Source: Turneriella sp. (GTDB taxonomy: Bacteria > Spirochaetota > Leptospiria > Turneriellales > Turneriellaceae). From it: a DNA stretch of 64,000 nt. Positions 57,697-64,000 of the stretch are shown in pieces. The position numbers were made by a program, and so were the translations under genes. The stretch covers positions 2,112,001 to 2,176,000 of the forward strand of contig CBDIID010000003.1 in the NCBI GenBank assembly GCA_965279515.1, in the 5' to 3' direction. Numbering within the stretch: position 1 is the stretch's first letter; every line of letters starts with the position of its first letter. The notes beneath the pieces were generated by a model. That model ran no database searches and had not been told where the DNA came from. It saw only the letters and a list, made by a program, of their open reading frames with translations.

Positions 57697-58506
57697 ATGA
57701 AAACCTTTTTTTCCTGTTACCTTCTGCTGCTTCTCGTCCACTGCAAGAAGCCGGAGCCGAAATTCGTGAAGCACTGGATTTTAAACGACAAGGGAACAAA
57801 ACTTACCTCCGGTACGAGGCCTGAAACACTTCCGCCCGGAACCGAGGTAGAATTGGCGCTCGCAGCATCAGGCGATCCGGAATGCCAGAATGTATCGGGT
57901 CAAAAGTTCTGTAAGATTACGACGAAGGACAACACCGGCTGGGTTGCCTTTGAAGACTTAAGCAAGACACAGCCCGCGGTGTATTACGTGCGAATAGCCA
58001 TCGAGACCGAAGACCCAGCCGAGCGCATACCGGCAAATACCAGGGTGTGGGCTGCCGCAAGCGACGGTGAGGCGTATACGCCGCTGCCGAAAAAGAAAAT
58101 GCTCGCATTCTTTTTTTCAGGACAACAGCGTTTTGCATGGCATGGTCTTTTGTCACCGACCCCCGGCGATAAAACCCTGCTTGCCGGCACACACCGTATT
58201 AACTCCGACGCTGCCAGCTTTGTCGGTGCGTATCGTATTTCGACATACACCGAAGGCATACCTTCGACGCTCGATCTGCGCGCCGATGGCACCTTCGAAC
58301 TCGTGCAGAATTTATGTGAAGGCATGAAACCACTGACAGGTAAGTACTCTGTGGAAGGCGGCCGGCTGATTCTCGCGACCACAGAGTTTAAATACCCGAA
58401 TACCGGGCGCATTTTTCTTGAAGCCTCGGGACCAAACGACCTGGTGATTTTGAATGATATGGGTTGCAATCCGCGTCTCGGCGATATTTTCGCGCGGTTA
58501 AAATAA
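57697..58506 (+). CDS. Lipoprotein with SH3-like region and C-terminal NlpE-like beta domain
   Basis: MKTFFSCYLLLLLVH-CKK; GWV...LS; L.LRADGTF....N.CEG....G.Y. Confidence 0.7.
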   Translation: MKTFFSCYLLLLLVHCKKPEPKFVKHWILNDKGTKLTSGTRPETLPPGTEVELALAASGDPECQNVSGQKFCKITTKDNTGWVAFEDLSKTQPAVYYVRIAIETEDPAERIPANTRVWAAASDGEAYTPLPKKKMLAFFFSGQQRFAWHGLLSPTPGDKTLLAGTHRINSDAASFVGAYRISTYTEGIPSTLDLRADGTFELVQNLCEGMKPLTGKYSVEGGRLILATTEFKYPNTGRIFLEASGPNDLVILNDMGCNPRLGDIFARLK

Positions 58507-58511
58507 ACCGG

Positions 58512-59888
58512 TTAAGAGGCTTTAGGTTTGCTTGCCATCAGGTATAACACCCGGTGGGATTCCCCCAGCTGCACGATTCTTTGAGTGAAAAAAAACTCTG
58601 CAAACACCTTTTCAAAATCTTCTCTCGAATATTCAGGAAAAATATCTGCCCGCGTGGATAACATCCTCTGGACCTGCGAGTCACTTTTGGGCACAAACTC
58701 GATTACCAGGTAACGGCAAATTCGGCTCAGGAACTCGGCTATCCGCGCGAACGGCAAATGGTGCGTCATCACCAGATGGTGCACCAAGGCGAGAGCAAAA
58801 ACCATGTCGGCCTGAACCCGATCCGTCAAAGCCGCGCGCTCCTGGTTCTCCCAACCAATACCCGGGCTGGGATTCGTGATATCTGTCACCAGCGGCAGAA
58901 TGTGAGTTTCGCGCGCTGCAATACAACGCAGATAATTCTTTTCGACCGCCGCCGCATCGCTGTCAGAAGCAATGGTCGGGATGCCCTGCTCTGCTGCAAG
59001 ACGGCTGAATATGCCGGTGTTGGCGCCGATATCCCACACGTTTTTGGGTTTGATAGTGCGGAGAAAATCGCTGATAGTCGCTTTTTTGTGCGCGAGCGCA
59101 GTCTCTGAATAGTTGTTATGCTCCTCATAGTCTGACCAGCCAGTACCGCGGGGCATCCAACTCAGGCTTTTGACCAGTGCCTCGAGATTTTCGAGCAAAG
59201 CTAAAAGTGAAAGCCGGCTGACCTGGTATTTTTTTTTATTCGCCCCGCCTTTTGCCGCATGCCCCTGCGCTTTCGCGTGCAGATGGATATGCGTCAAAAT
59301 CGAAAAACGGAAGTACGTCGAAAGCGGCAGCAGCGCACTTGCGAGGTCGAGCGGTATGCCATCGATATGGGCAGCGAGCAATGCCCCCAAACGAATATCG
59401 CGGTAACGCATGACTAAGAGCGGCGCAAGAAAATGCCGGCAAAATTGTGCGTAGGCCGCCCACGGTTCGCCGGCAGTATATTTCGCGAACGATAACGTAT
59501 CGATGAATACCGGTCGTCCCCCATAGAATTGTACGTTATAAGCGCTGGCATCCTTCAGCGTCATGCCAAAGCCGAGCGCGGTTTTCTGGATTTTCACAGT
59601 CAAAAGCGCTGCAGCCTTGAGCTGGCTGAAACACCACTCATAGGGATAAGAAATGTATGGAATACGATCAGGTCGAATAACCTTCCAGGCATTTTGTATC
59701 TCCGCCGGCGGAACATCCGCCTCGGCATGCGCAATCAGGTCACCGGATTGGGTGAGGTTCTCATAGAGACCCGAAGCCATGAATGCGCTGAAATCTTCTT
59801 TGCCTGCAAGATTAATCTGCCGGTAAACCTGATCTGCCGAAAGAAAAACAAAGCCGGCGCGATCGCGAAAGGAACCCGCAATTCTCAG
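58512..59888 (-). CDS. NoeA-like protein: kinase-like N-domain plus class I SAM methyltransferase
   Basis: SFRD..GFVF (only if the start is moved to CTG 59888), ISYPYEW, LKDASAYN, FIDTLSF, W.DY, WDIGANTG.FS, ALALVHHL, IEFV...D..V. Confidence 0.85.
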   Translation of the reverse strand: MRIAGSFRDRAGFVFLSADQVYRQINLAGKEDFSAFMASGLYENLTQSGDLIAHAEADVPPAEIQNAWKVIRPDRIPYISYPYEWCFSQLKAAALLTVKIQKTALGFGMTLKDASAYNVQFYGGRPVFIDTLSFAKYTAGEPWAAYAQFCRHFLAPLLVMRYRDIRLGALLAAHIDGIPLDLASALLPLSTYFRFSILTHIHLHAKAQGHAAKGGANKKKYQVSRLSLLALLENLEALVKSLSWMPRGTGWSDYEEHNNYSETALAHKKATISDFLRTIKPKNVWDIGANTGIFSRLAAEQGIPTIASDSDAAAVEKNYLRCIAARETHILPLVTDITNPSPGIGWENQERAALTDRVQADMVFALALVHHLVMTHHLPFARIAEFLSRICRYLVIEFVPKSDSQVQRMLSTRADIFPEYSREDFEKVFAEFFFTQRIVQLGESHRVLYLMASKPKAS

Positions 59889-60097
59889 GACTGGTTTTCC
59901 TTTTCAGTTTTTTCGTTTTTGCGGAAAAGATTCACGAGCTTTTTCCAGTAAATTTTCAGCGCGAGCAAAAACCCGAGAAAGCCGGCCAGGATAGCCTGCA
60001 CGGCCACACTGCCGCTGCCCGGATCGACGTAAGCGTGCGCAGTATCGGCCGAAATAATGTAAATTGCCAGGGGTATGAGGGGAAAATAGCGGAACAT
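59885..60097 (-). CDS. Small membrane protein of the AY.DPG.GS family
   Basis: AHAYVDPGSGS...Q..LAG, one TM, basic tail. Confidence 0.8.
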   Translation of the reverse strand: MFRYFPLIPLAIYIISADTAHAYVDPGSGSVAVQAILAGFLGFLLALKIYWKKLVNLFRKNEKTEKENQS

Positions 60098-60158
60098 TCG
60101 GAGTTTACATCTTATTCGACCGATACTTCCTGCTCGGCGTCGGAGAATACTTTCCTTA

Positions 60159-62042
60159 ATGCCTGAGTTGTCAATACCTTCTTTCTTCGCGCTGCTCTAT
60201 TCTACCTACCTGCTGGTCTTCATGGAAGGTTTATTCTTTTTTACGCGGCCGACTTTTGTGTCTGCAACAGACCCGCTGGAGATTGTGGCGGCAGTTTTTG
60301 TATCTGTCCCGCTCGTCTGGCTACCCGGGCTTATACTCTGGGCCGCCGGTACAGCACTCGATGGGTTGACCAGCCGGTTCACGAAAAGAAGCGCACAACT
60401 TTCCCTGATGCCGGCGCTGGTCGGCCTCACCTTTAGCGCGCTGCTGATGGCCGATAATTTCTCTTATACGGTTTTTAAAACCGGCATTATCCATACCCAG
60501 GGGTTGCAGCGCTACCTGTATCTGGGAATCATCGCCGCGGTGTTCATCGTACTCTACTGGCAAATCACCAGAACGATGCGCAGAAACCGCATCTTCTACC
60601 GGCATCCGCTGGCTTTTTTTTCCGCAGGACTTCCCCTGATGACAAGTATTGTCATTATTTTTGGAAAGCTTTTACTGAGCCCTTCGGCCGCGGTGGCGTC
60701 AGATGCGGGTGCACGCGCCCGCTCCGATTTACCGAATATTATCCTGTTCGCTTCGGACGGCATCGATGCCAACAGGCTCGCGCTCTATGGCTACCGCCGC
60801 AACACAACGCCCAACCTCAATGCCTTTTCCAGGGAAAGGCCGCCGCTGTTGTGCGAAAATGCATTTTCCAACGGCGCGCGCACGACAGGCTCTGTGACGT
60901 CGATGCTGACGGGGAAGGCGCCGGCCACGAACAAGGTATTTTTCCCGCCGCATATGCTTGATGATGCCGAAGCGCTGCGGCACTTGCCGGGCATCCTGAA
61001 AAAACTCGGCTATGTGAATTTCCAGGAGACCATCCGCTATTACGCAGACGCGGGTGACCTGAATTTGCAGGGTGCATTCGACATCGCCAATAACCGCGGC
61101 CTGTACAATCCCGGCTTTCTCGGCCGGCGTTTTGTCACGGAAAATTATTTTCTCGCGGCTATCGTCGACCGCATCCGGCAACGCAGCCTGCATCTGACCG
61201 GAGTGCGTGCGATGGAAGACGTCTATGCACAAATGACGCAGCCAGATAAGCCGAACGAAGTTTATGGAACAAACGACGACACGCGCATGGACCGTTTTTT
61301 CAAATTTATGGAGGGCACAAGGACGCCATTCTTTGCACACCTGCACCTGCTCGATTCGCACTGCTGCGGGTATAAGATTCGCCGTGCACATTTTTCTGCG
61401 CGCGGCGAAGACGACGACGAAGGGCCGTCGGCCAATGACCTGATGGACGACACCATTCTCTCCAGCGACGATCATTTTGGCCGCATGCTGGCGTTTCTGA
61501 AATCACGCGGCATGCTCGCCAATACGCTGATCGTTTACAGCTCTGACCACAACCGGGGCTGGACGATCAAAAAGCGCACGCCGCTGATGTTTTTCTTTCC
61601 GGACGGCAAACAGGCCAGGGTCGAAGAGAAAAATTGCCAGCTTTTGGATGTTATGCCGACCATTCTTGATTCCCTGGGCCGAAACGTGCCCCCGTGGGTT
61701 GAAGGCCACTCGCTGCTCAGACCTGAGAAGCTCACGAGTGACAGGCCAATCTTCGGCTTTCTCAATATCAACCGTCGCCCTATCAAGGTCGGCGCCTCAA
61801 CAGTGACAACGCTGACGAATGCCGGCCCGCCTTTTTATGGCCTGACCTCTTATAATATGGTGAGCTGCGACCGCTGGTATGAATTAAACCTCAATACAGG
61901 CGGCATGTCGTCGGGGACTGTTACCGGGCATTCAGGCGATTGCGAAGACGCAGAAGACCTGAACTCCGCAGATGCCAGGCGCAAGATCGTAAAATACCTG
62001 CGGGCGAAAAAACTCGGATTTAAATTTAAAGACGCGGGTTAG
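60159..62042 (+). CDS. Membrane sulfatase-like hydrolase/transferase (alkaline phosphatase superfamily, LTA-synthase/Ept-like)
   Basis: Five TM helices; PNIIL...D, YGY.R.TTPNL, Thr at the nucleophile position (RTTGS..SMLTG), PFF...H..D.H, SDH. Confidence 0.88.
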   Translation: MPELSIPSFFALLYSTYLLVFMEGLFFFTRPTFVSATDPLEIVAAVFVSVPLVWLPGLILWAAGTALDGLTSRFTKRSAQLSLMPALVGLTFSALLMADNFSYTVFKTGIIHTQGLQRYLYLGIIAAVFIVLYWQITRTMRRNRIFYRHPLAFFSAGLPLMTSIVIIFGKLLLSPSAAVASDAGARARSDLPNIILFASDGIDANRLALYGYRRNTTPNLNAFSRERPPLLCENAFSNGARTTGSVTSMLTGKAPATNKVFFPPHMLDDAEALRHLPGILKKLGYVNFQETIRYYADAGDLNLQGAFDIANNRGLYNPGFLGRRFVTENYFLAAIVDRIRQRSLHLTGVRAMEDVYAQMTQPDKPNEVYGTNDDTRMDRFFKFMEGTRTPFFAHLHLLDSHCCGYKIRRAHFSARGEDDDEGPSANDLMDDTILSSDDHFGRMLAFLKSRGMLANTLIVYSSDHNRGWTIKKRTPLMFFFPDGKQARVEEKNCQLLDVMPTILDSLGRNVPPWVEGHSLLRPEKLTSDRPIFGFLNINRRPIKVGASTVTTLTNAGPPFYGLTSYNMVSCDRWYELNLNTGGMSSGTVTGHSGDCEDAEDLNSADARRKIVKYLRAKKLGFKFKDAG

Positions 62043-62052
62043 AGAGTAAGAC

Positions 62053-62072
62053 CTCCCGCCCGAAAGCGGGAG
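62053..62072. terminator. Hairpin between convergent genes (probable intrinsic terminator)
   Basis: CTCCCGC-ccgaaa-GCGGGAG; weak U-tracts. Confidence 0.6.
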
Positions 62073-62080
62073 AGGAAACC

Positions 62081-62566
62081 TTATTTAGATTCGACGAGTT
62101 TGAATGTGACGCGGCGGTTTTGTAATTTTGTCAGCGAGGGATCCTGGTCTGAATCTGAAACACCGACATAGGTCATCTTTGTGCCATCGAGACCCTTCTG
62201 TTTGAAGTAGTCATAGACAAATTTTGCACGTTGCGTAGAGATATTTTTCAGAAAACTCTGGGGTTTTCCGCTGCCAGAATTGGCATGCCCGGCGATCTGC
62301 AGTTTATAACCCTCTGGCATAGATGCAACCACACCCTTGGCAACACTGGCTGACGCTTCGCCGTACTGATCAAACTGCGTCATAGGCATCGACGAACCAA
62401 AGCCGGGAAAACCCATGACAGGCACCTTTGCCAGCTGCGCATTTGCAGCGTCGACGATCATATTACCGCTGGGCGCGCGCTCTTCTACTTTTGGCGTCGA
62501 GCTGCAGGCCGCAAAAAGTGCGGCAAACAACAATGCCTGAACAAACAATAAATTTCTGAATTTCAT
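62081..62566 (-). CDS. OmpA-family peptidoglycan-binding lipoprotein (Loa22-like)
   Basis: Lipobox LFAA-CSS; GF, I.GHA, S..RA..V..Y, NRRVTF. Confidence 0.88.
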   Translation of the reverse strand: MKFRNLLFVQALLFAALFAACSSTPKVEERAPSGNMIVDAANAQLAKVPVMGFPGFGSSMPMTQFDQYGEASASVAKGVVASMPEGYKLQIAGHANSGSGKPQSFLKNISTQRAKFVYDYFKQKGLDGTKMTYVGVSDSDQDPSLTKLQNRRVTFKLVESK

Positions 62567-62740
62567 ATTACCTCTGGTACGTTTTTCGGATAGAAAGCGG
62601 CCGCTAAATAACGGGCCGGGTTCACGCAGGATGGATTTTGCAGATAAGGAGCGCGTGATGATTTCTGACCGTTGGCCGACAGAGCGCCATGGGGAATTCT
62701 TACGTCAATGAAATTTGGCATGAAACCAGCCCGTAATTAT

Positions 62741-63184
62741 TCATTCTTGCGTGATGCGTATACAAAGTACCCCATCCTTTTCGAAATGAAATACAACCTT
62801 GTCTTTTGCCGTATATGTCCAAACATCTTTGGGATGCAACCGGTGGAAATTCTCCTTACCCGCAATCAGGGCTTCGCACCACGCTGCCTCTTTCGGGAAT
62901 GAGGTGATAACCGCACCGGCCAGCCATTTTTTCGCATCTGCCTTTTTCAGCGCAAGCGCAACCCTGAAATCGCGGTGTGTTGGCCCGGGAATCGACGAGC
63001 CGGCGTTGAGATTCACATCGTAAATATCAAACTGTACATCTTTGACCTCTGAACGCATGCGCAGGTATTTTTTAAGCACGCGGACACGCTCCTCTTTATC
63101 GGCGTAGTCAATGCTGCGAACACGGTTGCTGCCGGCATAAGCTGCCATAAAGGCGAGCAATCCTGCCAATATTCCACGAATCAT
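62741..63184 (-). CDS. Exported hypothetical protein
   Basis: Signal-peptide-like MIRGILAGLLAFMAAYA; start overlaps the globin stop (TGATG). Confidence 0.65.
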   Translation of the reverse strand: MIRGILAGLLAFMAAYAGSNRVRSIDYADKEERVRVLKKYLRMRSEVKDVQFDIYDVNLNAGSSIPGPTHRDFRVALALKKADAKKWLAGAVITSFPKEAAWCEALIAGKENFHRLHPKDVWTYTAKDKVVFHFEKDGVLCIRITQE

Positions 63185-63654
63185 CAGGGCAAGTATGGTC
63201 CGCCGGTTTCGCCCCAACCCCATTTGGGCATGGGTTGCTCTGCTTCCATTGGATTCTCTGTAAGATTCGAGTTAATCACCGCAAGCCGGGTTCCCCATTC
63301 GAGATAGCCCACAAAAGCCGAGCGAAACTCGGGATCGCTTTTGAGCCCGATTTCATCCGCCGTTTCGAGCAAGAGTTGAATCCAGCGCTGCCGCTTCTCT
63401 TCCGTTAACATTTTGCCGATATGTTTTCCGATCATCTGAGAGTGACTGCCGCCGTCCTGGGTAGAATATAACTTTTCACCACCGAAAACTTCGGCAACAA
63501 AATGGGCTACGTGTTGGACGTGCTCTTTGGACATATTGGCAAAAACTGCGCCTAACAAAGGATCTTTCAGAACTTTTTCATAAAATTTTGAAAACAGGTT
63601 TTCGAAGGTCGTCATATCGCCCGCCCATTCGAATAATGTAGGAATTTTTTCCAT
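63184..63654 (-). CDS. Group II truncated hemoglobin
   Basis: TLFEWAG, FY..V..DP.L, H...F..EVFGG..YS, KH, W, P.WGWG. Confidence 0.92.
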   Translation of the reverse strand: MEKIPTLFEWAGDMTTFENLFSKFYEKVLKDPLLGAVFANMSKEHVQHVAHFVAEVFGGEKLYSTQDGGSHSQMIGKHIGKMLTEEKRQRWIQLLLETADEIGLKSDPEFRSAFVGYLEWGTRLAVINSNLTENPMEAEQPMPKWGWGETGGPYLP

Positions 63655-63746
63655 GGTGCTCCGTTAAAGGTTTTTTTAGTGAATTTCAGATGGCATGGCA
63701 AGCCCGATTAAAAATAGCGTACGCAGCAAACGTTCGGGTAAAATAC

Positions 63747-64000
63747 TTATGCTCCTTTTTTCATGCGCGCAACATCTCTGGCCGGCGGCGCGCCGAAGAA
63801 CCGCGCATACTCGCGGTTGAACTGCGATGCACTCTCGTAACCGACTTCATACGCCGCCGGTGCAACACGGTAACCACCAAAGGCCAAAAGCTTGCGTGCC
63901 TCCATCAGACGCAATTGTTTTTGAAACTGAATCGGCGTCATGCCCGTGATCTGCCTGAACTGGCGGTGAAACGTTGTCACCGCAATGCTGGCCTTCTCCG
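63747..64000 (-). CDS. AraC family regulator, C-terminal HTH (5'-truncated by window edge)
   Basis: FHR.F...T.M.P.QFQK.LRL.EAR, AA.EVGYESASQFNREY.R.FG.PP. Confidence 0.92.
   Translation of the reverse strand, partial: EKASIAVTTFHRQFRQITGMTPIQFQKQLRLMEARKLLAFGGYRVAPAAYEVGYESASQFNREYARFFGAPPARDVARMKKGA

Noticed and set aside
62570..62740. tRNA or riboswitch upstream of the OmpA-like gene
   Set aside because: No cloverleaf, T-loop or recognisable aptamer motif; only a weak short stem.

Overview
Bacterial chromosomal segment, probably from a Leptospiraceae spirochaete (Turneriella-like). This is an inference from the spirochaetal-type lipoboxes, the DUF1554/Len-like domains and a Loa22-like OmpA lipoprotein. 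No rRNA, tRNA, CRISPR array, transposase or integrase was recognised. Layout: (1) 1-15.2 kb, a tandem array of three giant paralogous surface proteins (Cys-paired Ig-like stalk, NHL propeller, three LamG domains, variable tip); the first is 5'-truncated and the two complete ones share an upstream motif. (2) 15-28 kb, housekeeping and detoxification genes (Ntn acylase, ppa, ABC-F, MAPEG, an ArsR-DUF1801-SRPBCCx2-amidase operon). (3) 28-37 kb, a 7-PAS hybrid kinase with a REC-EAL partner, lipoproteins, a gene frameshifted in a (TA)6 tract, and a Crp/Fnr regulator. (4) 37.8-55.3 kb, the best candidate for an undescribed system. Its regulatory core is STAS, ECF sigma, SiaA/B/C-like PP2C-kinase-acceptor with no diguanylate cyclase, FecR-like protein, HAMP-PP2C-TPR, TPR protein and OM beta-barrel. 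Three of the envelope proteins share a small Sm-like module, the core is flanked on both sides by paralogous stalk-lipoprotein plus beta-propeller pairs, and a candidate ECF promoter occurs twice. (5) 55-64 kb, sterol-desaturase-like gene, GNAT, orphan sdhC, a kinase-like/methyltransferase with a sulfatase-like cluster, OmpA lipoprotein, truncated globin and a partial AraC. Two genes appear to start at CTG codons overlapping the upstream TGA. All family calls come from motif recognition by eye, not database searches.
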